The notes below the pieces were generated by a model. The model was not told the origin of the DNA. It made no database searches and was given only the letters and a program-made list of their open reading frames with translations. This document shows positions 46,812 to 56,327 of a stretch of DNA of 64,000 nucleotides, in pieces (within the stretch, counting starts at the first letter, position 1; each line of letters opens with the position of its first letter). The translations under genes were made by a program, and so were the position numbers. Origin of the DNA: Candidatus Methylomirabilota bacterium (GTDB lineage: Bacteria > Methylomirabilota > Methylomirabilia > Rokubacteriales > DASRDR01); assembly GCA_035550795.1 (NCBI GenBank), contig DASZOL010000052.1, positions 23,266 to 87,265 of the forward strand, written 5' to 3'.

Positions 46812-48200
46812 CTACCGGCCTCTGCGCGCGCCGGTCCAGGTGCCTCCGCCGGCGAACGCGTCACCGTAGCCCCACGTCCCGTTGAACTCGACACCCCCCG
46901 GAGTCGTCCGGACCCGGCCGCGTCCGCGCTGGCCGCCCGACTGCCAGACGAAGATCAGCGTATCGCCCCGGGCGATCCCCGAGATCTCGCCCTGGCCCGC
47001 GCCGTAGCTGTAGACGCCCGTCACCCGGTCACCCTGCCGCCGCAGGGCGGTCCGCGCCGGCAACGCGCCCGTGTTGTCGCTCAGCTGGCCATCGAAGACG
47101 CCGTCGAACGACGGCGCCGGCCGGCCCGGAAATGGCGCGGACGGCTCCGGCGCCGCCATCGTCTCCCCGGGCCGACGGGGTGCCAGCGTCTCGAGGCTCA
47201 CCCGCTGCCCCTTCATCGCCATGAGCCGTTGCTGATCCGGATCGGCCAGAACGGGCAGGACTTCCAGCTCGATCGCATCCGCGGTCCCGCGAATGACCTC
47301 GGCCGCCCGCGCCGGGTTCGCCTGGAGCCGGCCGTAGTCGGCCGCGTGCATGCGGAGGTACTCGCTGAGCCGCCGCGCCCGCTCAGTGGTCAGCGGGTGG
47401 GTGTCCGTCCGGAGATAGGCCTGGTACTCCGCATCGGAGCCGAAATCGGCCCGGTGCGCCACGAAGTGCGCCGCGGACAGGAACCAGAACAGGAGGCCGT
47501 CAACCGGCTGGCCGACCCGCCGCAGCACCTCGAGCGCGAATCGGTCGGCCTGGTCCTCGTTCTCGCGGGCGCGCTCGCGAGGCACGCCAGGGCCATACCC
47601 AGGGTGCCGAAAGAGGATGTGGCCGACCTCGTGCAGGAGCACGAAGCTGAGCGATTCGTTGAGGATCTTACCCGAGATCAGGTCGACGCGCGGGTCGTCG
47701 GTGGCGTTGGACGGAATCTGCAGCGCCGCCCTCGGATCGGGGTAGCGGCCCCCGAATCGCGACGACGGCTGGTACTTGAGCATCGACACGTAGTCGGTGA
47801 CGGTCTCGAGCGTATAGTTCTGGCTCTGGAGCCAAGCGTACGCCACCGAGAGGTCCGCCAGGAAGCGGATGGCCATGACGGGCAGGACGACACGCGCCGG
47901 AGCCGTAGCGAAGTACTCGAAGAGCTGACGCTCAGGGCCGCGGAGCGGGAACTGGACATCCAGTCCCTGGAGACGTCGGCGCTCCTCGGGCGTGAGCTTG
48001 GGCAGGAAGACGCTGTTGAGGTTCCAGAGAACCACGTCACGGTAGCCGGACTGCTTCTCCTGCAGCAGCCGGTCCTCGTACATCGAGCCGTAGTCGCGGT
48101 CCGGGGCCCGGGTCTGTGCGCGCGCCTCGCCGGCGCCGGACCCGACGACGCAGAGGGCCGCCGCGAGCGTCGGGACAAGGCCGGCCCATCGCCGGCGCAT
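46812..48200 (-). CDS. Secreted M48-like zinc metallopeptidase domain protein
   Basis: Signal peptide. LLHEVGHILFRH followed by ENEDQADRFA (the HExxH ... ExxxAD arrangement of the M48 family). C-terminal Gly-rich domain. ATG 48200 shares 1 nt with the upstream gene's stop. Confidence 0.55.
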   Translation of the reverse strand: MRRRWAGLVPTLAAALCVVGSGAGEARAQTRAPDRDYGSMYEDRLLQEKQSGYRDVVLWNLNSVFLPKLTPEERRRLQGLDVQFPLRGPERQLFEYFATAPARVVLPVMAIRFLADLSVAYAWLQSQNYTLETVTDYVSMLKYQPSSRFGGRYPDPRAALQIPSNATDDPRVDLISGKILNESLSFVLLHEVGHILFRHPGYGPGVPRERARENEDQADRFALEVLRRVGQPVDGLLFWFLSAAHFVAHRADFGSDAEYQAYLRTDTHPLTTERARRLSEYLRMHAADYGRLQANPARAAEVIRGTADAIELEVLPVLADPDQQRLMAMKGQRVSLETLAPRRPGETMAAPEPSAPFPGRPAPSFDGVFDGQLSDNTGALPARTALRRQGDRVTGVYSYGAGQGEISGIARGDTLIFVWQSGGQRGRGRVRTTPGGVEFNGTWGYGDAFAGGGTWTGARRGR

Positions 48201-48853
48201 CACCGGCCCCTGAAGGCCCGCACGCCGCCCGCGATGGCGCGCGGCGGCGGCTCCGGCTCTCCGTCGCGGATCCAGCGCCGGAACTCGGCGAAGGGGCCCC
48301 ACGCTTCCGAGTCCCAGACGCTGGCGAGCAGGCGCACACGGGCATCGGCAAGCGCGAGCTCGAAGTCCAGGCGCTGCTCCGGCGACACGGCGGGCGTCGC
48401 CTGCTGCCTGATCGTCTCTGCGACCCTCGTCAGCGTGCCAGCCAGCAGCACAACGTTGTTGCGTTCGGCCGTGCGGTCCTCCGGCGCCGTCTGGGCGCTC
48501 TGGGCGCCGCTGTAGCGGAGGCCGCTGACGTCCGTCGGCCCCGGGACGGTCGCGCCCGCCCAATCCCCGGACACCGCCACCGTGCGCGCCGGATTCACCT
48601 CAATCTGCACCGCCTGGTGCAGACCGTAGGCCAGCACGCCTGCCCCGAACAGCGCGAAGAACACCCCGGGTCCTACCCGCGAGATGAAGATCGACACGCC
48701 GCCCGGGAGCTGGAGCTTCCCCGTTCCCTTCTCCGCCAGCGGCATGCTCACAAACAGCCGGTAGCCAAGCCAGATGGCGAGAGCCCCCGACAGCGCGATG
48801 ACGAGCCGCTCGAGGTGTCTCGCCCCGATCCCGATCAGTTGCGGCTCAAGCAT
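48200..48853 (-). CDS. Hypothetical membrane protein
   Basis: Two or three TM helices. Sandwiched in an operon between the heme dioxygenase and the M48-like gene. Confidence 0.5.
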   Translation of the reverse strand: MLEPQLIGIGARHLERLVIALSGALAIWLGYRLFVSMPLAEKGTGKLQLPGGVSIFISRVGPGVFFALFGAGVLAYGLHQAVQIEVNPARTVAVSGDWAGATVPGPTDVSGLRYSGAQSAQTAPEDRTAERNNVVLLAGTLTRVAETIRQQATPAVSPEQRLDFELALADARVRLLASVWDSEAWGPFAEFRRWIRDGEPEPPPRAIAGGVRAFRGR

Positions 48854-48864
48854 GTCCTAACCTC

Positions 48865-51732
48865 CTATCTGAAGGCTTCGTCGGCCTCGGCCCCCCTACG
48901 CGGCTTCCAGTCCAGCGCGTAGTAGTCGCCGCGGTCCCGCGCCCATGGATCGAAGACGTTGACGACTCCGGCCAGCTCGGGCTCGAGCTCCGGGATCGTC
49001 CGGAGAAGCACACGCTTCAAGGGAGAGACCTCCACCTTACGACCGCCCGGTCTCCCCTGCTCCACCATCTTTCCGTCCGGACCGTTGTCTGTGACCCATC
49101 GCACGCCGAGGTGGCTGTAGAATTCGGGCCGGAAGCTGGAGGTGAAGAAGCGATCGCTGAACAGCCGGCGGGAGGCGTTGAGGATGAATACCTGGAGCTG
49201 CGTCTCCGAGATCGCGAACCCGTGAGGACGGGGGAACTCCGCGAGCCAGCCGACGACGGTGTCGATGTCCTCGACGTTGTCCACGATGCTCCCGTCAGGA
49301 TGACCCAGGCAGTCGTTGATCGGTGTGCCGTCGTCGTTCACCTGTGCGCTCGTGATCGGCTTAGAGGCGTCGCATCGATGCCGCCCGTACACGTCGCGCA
49401 GGACTCCGGTCAGACGCTCCTGCTCGATGCGCTCCGGGGTCCCCGCAACCAGCCGCCGATCCACGAAGTCGTCGAAGCTCGTCAGATGCCGGAGCCCGTA
49501 CTGCCGCCGGAACTCGTTGAACCTCGGGACGCCGCGCTCGCGGTCTCGAATCAGGTCGAGGGCGGCCACGTCGATCTTGCCCGTCGGACTCCCGGCCCCA
49601 GGCCGCTCGAGGGCCTGCAGAAACCGGGGGTGGTTCTGGAGCGTGAGGCGGCCGGCTCGCTGGCGCCCCAGGGAGACCACCCAGCTCACGAGCCCGTGCG
49701 CATGCATCGCGGCCGTCGCCTGGCCGCGGACGGTATCCACGACCGGGACCTTCATCCGGATGGCGGCGGGCCCGCCGTCCATCGTGCGGAGCTCGATGAG
49801 ATCCGGAAGCATGGGGTGCAGTCGGTAGACGGTGACGAACTCCTCGGGAAAGCTGAACGGCGAGCCGAAGTGGTTCGTCCCGCCGTTGACGTGCTCGGGG
49901 TTCCGAAGGCTCCAGACGTCCGTCCTCGCGGGGTCGTGGCGGCTGAAGGGCCGGCCGTCGGCGTACACGCGGCTGCCGAGCCCGAAGATGCCCGGGCCCG
50001 ACGCGAGGACCGAGTACCAGGCGGTCGCCTTGTCGGCGTCCCGGGACCGGGCGAGGGACTGGAGGACCTTCGCGAGCGCAACCCGGACGAGCTCGCTGTC
50101 GCTGGCGAGCAGACCGGACCAGTTGGCCTGCAGGGCCAGGTGGAGGGGCTCGTTGTAGAGGAGCTGCGGGGTCCACTCGATCGTGTGGATCTTCGCGATC
50201 TCCGCCGCGACGACCAGGCGCGCGACCTCGAAGAGCTCGCCGGCCCCGACGTCCCGGTAGCGCAGGACCCGCTCGGGCTGCCCGGGGTTCCGCAGGCCCG
50301 AGTCGGCGGCGGGGGTGGCGGCCGCCTGCCGCCGGAACGCGTCCACGAACAGGTTGTGCTCGCGCGCGAAGACGTTGTGGAGCACGCTGAGCCCGATGCT
50401 CCAGTTGTCAGGGAATGCTGCCGCTTCCTGGCCGGACCACCTAGCGTTGATCGGATCATCGGCCCCGAACACGGGGAGATAGCCGAGACGATCACCCGCG
50501 GCGGCGCGAGTGTCGAGAGGCAGCAGACGCAGCCTGGCCGGGTCGGCGGGATCGCGCTTGACACGGCGGCGGGACGCCTCGTCGTAGCCGTAGAGCTGAG
50601 AGGCGTCCCACCAAGCGGTGACGGTGTTGCCGGTGGTTCGAAAGGCGCGCGCGAGGTGCGCCCGGCCCCGGTGGTCGAAGATGGGCGGATCCGCCGCCTC
50701 CGCCAGCGTGGCGACGTCGACTCGGTCCGCCGCACGGCAGCCGAGCCGGGCCTCCGCCTCGGGCGTCAACGGCCGCTCGGCCTCATCGCTCCGCTCCGTC
50801 GCGCACCCCATGCCCATCGTCTCCGACCCGTTGCGACCCTCGGTGAGGTGGGAGAACCAGTCATGCGTCATGAACTGGATCCAGAAGGCCGCCAGCACAT
50901 TGAGGGCCGGCGCCTTCTTGTAGTCGCAGCTCGCCTCGGGAGCGTTGCCGGGCAGTCCACGGCCCGCGCGGCAGGAGTCGGGCGACGGCGATACCCGGCC
51001 GAGCAGCCGGCGGCTGATCACCTGGGGGTCTGGCCTCAGCAGGCCGAGACGCGCGCCGTGGCGGTTCCGCGCGAGGTCGGTGCGGCCAAGCTCCGGAAAC
51101 GTCGCCTCGAACTCCACGTTGCGGGCGAACGGCATGCCGGTGGAGCCCATGAGGGGATTCCGGATGTCGTTGCAGATCCCGGTGAGCGCGCGGTGGCGAA
51201 TCAGGTCGCCGGTGCACAGCTGCGCACCGGCTCCGCCCACGGCGGCGAAGTCCGGATGGCCCGGGGGTAGCCGCATCGCGGGCCATACCCTCAGCGCGGG
51301 ACCGAGGACCCCGTCGCGCCCGCGGACGTAGTCCCGATACGTCCCGCTGTTGTCGAAGAGGTTGAAACGGATCAGCTCGACGCGCTGGTACTCCAGGTCG
51401 ATGAGGGCCCCGTCGATCCCTCGCTGGTCGGGCCGCAACAGGCGAATGCCCAGGTCGGGCGAGGGCATCCGGCTGCCCCCGTCACCGGTCGCCCAGTAGC
51501 GGGGCCAGTCGACCCACGGGCCGCGGCGGACCTCCAGCGCCCGGGCTCCGCCTCGACAGCGGGCGCGCTCGTCGCCAACCTGGCCGAGAAACCGGTGAAC
51601 CCGGTCCTCCGCGACCGGGCGCAGCCCGGCCCACACGGTGCGGAGACAGGCCTCGAGATCCGCCGGCGTGTTGCCGCATCCGGCGATGAGCAGCCCCGCA
51701 CCCAGGACGAGCCAGAGCGCGCGGCAGTTCAC
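48865..51732 (-). CDS. Peroxidase-cyclooxygenase superfamily heme protein (animal heme peroxidase fold); alpha-dioxygenase/cyclooxygenase-like fatty acid dioxygenase, lipoprotein
   Basis: Lipobox LLIAGCG. Distal-His block LAAFWIQFMTHDWFSH. Catalytic Tyr/proximal His block EEFVTVYRLHPMLPD (Y-R-x-H as in plant alpha-DOX and COX). Confidence 0.8.
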   Translation of the reverse strand: MNCRALWLVLGAGLLIAGCGNTPADLEACLRTVWAGLRPVAEDRVHRFLGQVGDERARCRGGARALEVRRGPWVDWPRYWATGDGGSRMPSPDLGIRLLRPDQRGIDGALIDLEYQRVELIRFNLFDNSGTYRDYVRGRDGVLGPALRVWPAMRLPPGHPDFAAVGGAGAQLCTGDLIRHRALTGICNDIRNPLMGSTGMPFARNVEFEATFPELGRTDLARNRHGARLGLLRPDPQVISRRLLGRVSPSPDSCRAGRGLPGNAPEASCDYKKAPALNVLAAFWIQFMTHDWFSHLTEGRNGSETMGMGCATERSDEAERPLTPEAEARLGCRAADRVDVATLAEAADPPIFDHRGRAHLARAFRTTGNTVTAWWDASQLYGYDEASRRRVKRDPADPARLRLLPLDTRAAAGDRLGYLPVFGADDPINARWSGQEAAAFPDNWSIGLSVLHNVFAREHNLFVDAFRRQAAATPAADSGLRNPGQPERVLRYRDVGAGELFEVARLVVAAEIAKIHTIEWTPQLLYNEPLHLALQANWSGLLASDSELVRVALAKVLQSLARSRDADKATAWYSVLASGPGIFGLGSRVYADGRPFSRHDPARTDVWSLRNPEHVNGGTNHFGSPFSFPEEFVTVYRLHPMLPDLIELRTMDGGPAAIRMKVPVVDTVRGQATAAMHAHGLVSWVVSLGRQRAGRLTLQNHPRFLQALERPGAGSPTGKIDVAALDLIRDRERGVPRFNEFRRQYGLRHLTSFDDFVDRRLVAGTPERIEQERLTGVLRDVYGRHRCDASKPITSAQVNDDGTPINDCLGHPDGSIVDNVEDIDTVVGWLAEFPRPHGFAISETQLQVFILNASRRLFSDRFFTSSFRPEFYSHLGVRWVTDNGPDGKMVEQGRPGGRKVEVSPLKRVLLRTIPELEPELAGVVNVFDPWARDRGDYYALDWKPRRGAEADEAFR

Positions 51733-51842
51733 CGGACCGCGTCCCCCTCCCCGCCCGAACGACGGGACGGCCGGATCGGGTGGAACCCGACATACAATGA
51801 GACACGCGCAGACTGGACGGCTCGGCCCGGGGGAAAGGCAAG

Positions 51843-53057
51843 GTGACGCTCCTCAAGGCATTCCACGACGCGGTCATCGAGCTCACCAAGCTGGAGCGCC
51901 GAATCGATCCGTTCTTTCGCCCGGCCCTCGACGGCCTTCTGCGGGAGCCGCTGGCGGCGCTGACCCAGTTCCTCATCAACCTCGGGCGCCGGGACGAGGG
52001 GCTCCGGCTCGCCGAGGAGAGAGCCTTGCCAGGCGAGGAGGCGTTCCTCGACTCGATCATCGCGGACATGGCCGCGTACATGCGCGCCCACTACTCGCCG
52101 GGCCAGTTCGAGCGCGCCGGGAACACCAAGACCCATGGCGTGCTTCGCGGCGAGTTCACCGTGCGTGACGACGTGCCCGGGGAGTGGCGCCACGGCGTCT
52201 TCGCCGAGCCCCGGACCTACCGCGCCTGGGTTCGGTTCGCCGGGCCGGGCCCGGCGAGTCCGCCGGACATCGAGGAGGTGGGCGTCCTGAGCATCGGCGT
52301 CAAGCTGATGGGCGTGCCGGGGCCGAAGCTCCTCAGCGACGAGCGCTTCACCCAGGACTTCAGCGGCATCAGCGCGCCGACCTTCACGACGCCGGACGTC
52401 CGGGAGAACGCCAAGCTGCAGGCGGCCAGCCTGAAGGGCACGCCCCTCTTCTACTTCATCAATCCGTTCGATTCGCACCTCCTCGACGGCGTGATGCAGG
52501 GACTGTGGGCCCGGACGCACTCCAGTCCGCTGGAGACCCCGTACTGGAGCTGCGTCGCGTATCTCCTCGGGGAGGGACGGGCCATGCAGTACTCCTTCCG
52601 GCCCCGCCCGCGGACCCGGAGCCGGGTGCCCCGGCTGCCGCTGCGCCCACCAGACCACTACTTGCGGGAAACCATGGCGGCCACCCTCCGGCAACAGGAC
52701 GCCGAGTTCGACTTTCTCGTGCAGGTGCAGACCGACGCCCACCGCATGCCCGTGGAGAACGCGTCCGTGCGCTGGCCCGAGCGGCTCTCGCGGCCGGTGC
52801 CCGTCGCGCGCCTCCGCTTGCCGCGCCAGACGTTCGATTCCCCGGCGCAGCTGGCGTTCGCGCACAACCTGTCGTTCAATCCCTGGCACTGTGTCCCCGC
52901 CCACCGTCCGCTCGGGAACCAGAACCGGGGACGGCGTCGCCTCTACGGCGAGCTGTCTCGCCTGCGGCAGTCCATGAATGGCACGCCGCACCGCGAGCCG
53001 ACCGGCGACGAGGTGTTCGAGGATTCCTCGGATCAGTCACCGAAGCTCGTGAGGTAG
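51843..53057 (+). CDS. Catalase-related heme protein (mini-catalase of the allene-oxide-synthase / hydroperoxide-lyase type, Thr-His distal pair)
   Basis: ERAGNTKTHGVLRGEF has a distal His preceded by Thr rather than Val, as in catalase-related AOS. VRFAGPG resembles catalase VRFST. C-terminal RRRLYGELSRLR resembles the proximal-Tyr RLF.Y block. The opposite-strand ORF is low-complexity. Confidence 0.55.
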   Translation: MTLLKAFHDAVIELTKLERRIDPFFRPALDGLLREPLAALTQFLINLGRRDEGLRLAEERALPGEEAFLDSIIADMAAYMRAHYSPGQFERAGNTKTHGVLRGEFTVRDDVPGEWRHGVFAEPRTYRAWVRFAGPGPASPPDIEEVGVLSIGVKLMGVPGPKLLSDERFTQDFSGISAPTFTTPDVRENAKLQAASLKGTPLFYFINPFDSHLLDGVMQGLWARTHSSPLETPYWSCVAYLLGEGRAMQYSFRPRPRTRSRVPRLPLRPPDHYLRETMAATLRQQDAEFDFLVQVQTDAHRMPVENASVRWPERLSRPVPVARLRLPRQTFDSPAQLAFAHNLSFNPWHCVPAHRPLGNQNRGRRRLYGELSRLRQSMNGTPHREPTGDEVFEDSSDQSPKLVR

Positions 53058-54544
53058 CGCAGGGCGCGCAGGCCCGGCAGGAAGAAGTACGCGCCGCCCC
53101 GGACCGTGACGAACTGCGGGAGGCCGGTGATGCGCCGGCGCACCCCCCCCGCCTGCGGGAGGGAGAACGTGCTCGTGACGGGACAGCCGGAAATGGGCCC
53201 CCGACCCCCGACGATCGGGTCGCTCTCTTCGGCGAGGCCGTCGAACTTGGTGCCCATGATCCAGGCGCTCTGCACGAACTCGAACTGCCGGGCGATGTTG
53301 GCGCCAAGGCCGATGAAGTAGAGTCCGCGCTCCGCGTCCCCCGCGCCGCCGGGCCGAAGCGCCTCCTCGACCGGCAGCGACGTGCCGTACTCTCGCCCTC
53401 GCCGGAGGATCCGATGGAAGCGGGTGGACGCGACCACGTCCTCGCGAAAGCTCTTCCGGCCGAACCCGAGCGTCCGGATCAGGCGGCGAATGAAGCCCGC
53501 CGGGCCACCGGGCAGGTCGGCGTTGCGCGGGTTGGCGCGGCGAATGTGGGCCCCGAGCGGGCAACGCGTGCCCGCGGCATCGGAGTCGAACGTGAACTGA
53601 TTGTACCGAACCCCGTCCGGCGAGCCGGTCGCGAGCCCGGCGATCGGCCGGCCGCCGACTGTGATGAGCGGCTCACCCGTCATTGCGCGGCCGACCATGG
53701 CCTCGGCCAGCGCCCGCCGCGCCTGTGGATCGCCGTTCGTCTGCCGGTGCAGGAACTGCCAGAAGCCCCGCACGTCCTGCCGGAGCTGGCGGACGACGAG
53801 ATAGGTTCCGTTGCGGCCAACGTCCCGGCGGCCGGGAGCGCTGGCCGCCGGAGGCAGGTCGGCCACACGGTCGCCCTTCGGATCGATCAGCGGTCGGTCC
53901 GTGTACTTTCCGTACTCGTTGGGGTAACCGAGCAGGAACTCCCCGAGCGACACGACGTTCCCGTACTCGAGCAGGTCGCTTCCGTTCGCGGTCCTCCGCC
54001 CCTCCCAGTCGAGCACGGGCTGGCTGATGCCGTCGACGAAGCCGAACGGCTCGACGTCGTCGAGAGGGGCCGGGACCGGGCTCTCAAGCACCTGGAACGC
54101 CCTCGCCCAGGGATCGCACGTCGCCGTCAGCGTCCAGGACTCGATCTGCCCGGGCTCGGCATAGAGGAGGACCGCGACGTGAGGCACGTTGCCGGGTCCG
54201 CCCCAGTCCCAGTGCGCGGGGTCGCTGCCGCCAACGTCGCCCAGACGGCGGGAGCGGCTCTCCTCACCGGTCATGCCGGAGATGAACTCGGCGGAGAAAC
54301 CGCGGACGACCGCCGCCGGCACCGCCAGCGCCTCCAGCCCCTCGCGCGTGAAGGCCACCTGGAGGGCCGTCCTCGGCGGGGGGGCCGTCCGGACAGCCGT
54401 GGTGACCGGGGCCGCCCGCAGCCACGCCCGGGCGGCGCCGGGATCGACGACCCGGAGGAGGAAGAAGCGTGCCTCGGTCATGTGACCGTAGCCGTAGCGC
54501 ACGAGCCCCTGCACGTCCCCGTACTCGACCGCGAAAGGCGTCAT
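53033..54544 (-). CDS. Dyp-type peroxidase
   Basis: FGFVDGISQP (DyP GxxDG motif) and RCPLGAHIRRANPR (proximal His region). Confidence 0.8.
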   Translation of the reverse strand: MTPFAVEYGDVQGLVRYGYGHMTEARFFLLRVVDPGAARAWLRAAPVTTAVRTAPPPRTALQVAFTREGLEALAVPAAVVRGFSAEFISGMTGEESRSRRLGDVGGSDPAHWDWGGPGNVPHVAVLLYAEPGQIESWTLTATCDPWARAFQVLESPVPAPLDDVEPFGFVDGISQPVLDWEGRRTANGSDLLEYGNVVSLGEFLLGYPNEYGKYTDRPLIDPKGDRVADLPPAASAPGRRDVGRNGTYLVVRQLRQDVRGFWQFLHRQTNGDPQARRALAEAMVGRAMTGEPLITVGGRPIAGLATGSPDGVRYNQFTFDSDAAGTRCPLGAHIRRANPRNADLPGGPAGFIRRLIRTLGFGRKSFREDVVASTRFHRILRRGREYGTSLPVEEALRPGGAGDAERGLYFIGLGANIARQFEFVQSAWIMGTKFDGLAEESDPIVGGRGPISGCPVTSTFSLPQAGGVRRRITGLPQFVTVRGGAYFFLPGLRALRYLTSFGD

Positions 54545-54557
54545 CGGCAGGCCTCCA

Positions 54558-55859
54558 TCACAGGAGCAGGAGCCACTCCCGCGCCTCGGCGTCGGTCATC
54601 GGAGGGCGCTCCAGGCCCGTCCGAATGCGGCTGTTTCGCTCCAGCTCGAAGGCCGTGAGACCGGGATGGGCGTTGTACCAGACCTCGGTCGCCAGCTCGT
54701 GTCGGCGAATGAAGTACTTGAACTTCTGCTCGTCCTTGGCGCCGTCGAGGACGAGCCATCGCGTCCGCGGGTACCCAACGCCGTTGGTGAACACCACGTT
54801 CAGACCGAAGGCGACCTTGTTGATGAAGTCGTCCATGTAGCTCTCGAGGCTGCCGTCGTAGTTGCTGACGAAGAGCAACCGCCGCTTGTCGTCCAGGAAA
54901 GTCCAGCGAGCGAAGTGGATGGTGTTGACGCGCGCGAGGAACCCTCGCGTGTAGACGTGGCGGGTCGTGTAGGCCACGATCCAGAGGACGAAGATCAGGG
55001 TCGTGCGACGGAACCGACCCGGCTTGAGCGTGCCCATCGCGCTGAACTGATTGGTGACGTCGTGATCCTCGAGGTCGGCCAGACGCTTCACGTGCTCGAG
55101 GTCCGGCCGCGGCGCGATCTCCGGGTCCGTCCGCTCCCGACGGCGGAGCAGAAACGCAAACAGCGGGAGGTACAGCAGGAGGAGGGGCAGGGCGAGCAGC
55201 AGCGCCAGGGGCACGCCCGCCGCGTGGAGAAGCTTGCGGACTCGCCAGCCGGGCGGGGTGGGCCCGGGCGGGGTCAGGGCGAGGCGGCCGGCCTGGCGCT
55301 CCCGGCCGACGAAGGCGCGCAGATCGTCGTAGACCTGCGCGGGCGCCCGCCCGGCGAGGGCCCGCGCGTTCGCGTCCAGGTACGTCTCCAGCGCCTGGCG
55401 CAGCGCGCTCTCCTCCCGGACCTGCCGGACCGTTCGTCCCACCCAGTTCACGTAGTGGGCGGCCGCCGGGTGGTCGTGCGCCTTCATCCAGGCGAGCAGG
55501 TCACCGTCCGCCGGGCGTCCCCGACAGTGTGCGAATATGCGGTGGAGCCCCGGTCCGGCGCGCTCGCTCAGGTCCGCGAGGAGCTCGTCCGCCGGCCCGT
55601 CGCAGTCCCCCACGAAGGCGAGCGAGACGGCGTCGCGCGGCGGGGTCACTCCGTGGGCGGCGACGTCGTCCGCCGCGGGGTCGTCGAGCACGACGAAGCG
55701 TGCGAAGTGCAGACGCTCGAAGCGACCGAACGGAACGAGGTCGTTCTCCGGATCGACCACGCCGGGCCGGCGGTTCATGGAGGCGAGCAGCGTCCGGAGG
55801 TAGCCCTCGCGTCCGGGCTCGATCGCCGCCACGACCGCGAAGCTCGATTGAGGCGTCAT
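54558..55859 (-). CDS. Hypothetical membrane-associated protein (central TM segment)
   Basis: Conserved-looking blocks IHFARWTFLDDKRRLLFVSNYDGSLESYMDDFINKVAFGLN. Between the DyP and GMC genes. No family recognised. Confidence 0.5.
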   Translation of the reverse strand: MTPQSSFAVVAAIEPGREGYLRTLLASMNRRPGVVDPENDLVPFGRFERLHFARFVVLDDPAADDVAAHGVTPPRDAVSLAFVGDCDGPADELLADLSERAGPGLHRIFAHCRGRPADGDLLAWMKAHDHPAAAHYVNWVGRTVRQVREESALRQALETYLDANARALAGRAPAQVYDDLRAFVGRERQAGRLALTPPGPTPPGWRVRKLLHAAGVPLALLLALPLLLLYLPLFAFLLRRRERTDPEIAPRPDLEHVKRLADLEDHDVTNQFSAMGTLKPGRFRRTTLIFVLWIVAYTTRHVYTRGFLARVNTIHFARWTFLDDKRRLLFVSNYDGSLESYMDDFINKVAFGLNVVFTNGVGYPRTRWLVLDGAKDEQKFKYFIRRHELATEVWYNAHPGLTAFELERNSRIRTGLERPPMTDAEAREWLLLL

Positions 55860-55864
55860 CGTCC

Positions 55865-56296
55865 TCAGAACTTCAGCGCGAAGTCCATCAGGCGCTTCTG
55901 GTTCCAGTAGACCTTGCCCAGGTAGAGTCCCGGCCCGATCTGGCGGATCTCGTCGCGGATCCACTGCGCGATGATCGACGTGTCCGAGTAGTCGAGGACG
56001 ATGCACTCCTTGCCGTCGAGCCAACTCGGTCCCTTGTAGATCCGGGCGAGGATGGCGTTGAATCCGAAGGGGAGGATCCGGTTCTTCAGCAGGCCCTTCT
56101 TCCCGTCGAACGTCTTGCCCTGCCACGCGAAATGGCTGATGAGCGTCGCGACGTCCGCGCTGTAACTCGTGCCGGGGGCGACGATCGCGGTGCCCTGCGC
56201 CTCGCCGTCGGGAATCTCCCCCGCCGGGCTGTTCGTGAAGAGGTCGTCAAGCTCCTTCTGGGACATCGTCAGGAGCTTCGGGACGTCGTATGTCAT
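55865..56296 (-). CDS. Hypothetical protein (143 aa)
   Basis: Clean ORF 5 nt upstream of the next gene. It may be the N-terminal portion of a domain fused to the downstream gene in other genomes. Confidence 0.45.
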   Translation of the reverse strand: MTYDVPKLLTMSQKELDDLFTNSPAGEIPDGEAQGTAIVAPGTSYSADVATLISHFAWQGKTFDGKKGLLKNRILPFGFNAILARIYKGPSWLDGKECIVLDYSDTSIIAQWIRDEIRQIGPGLYLGKVYWNQKRLMDFALKF

Positions 56297-56327
56297 GTCG
56301 GTGATCTCCTCCGCGGGCGACCGCTCG

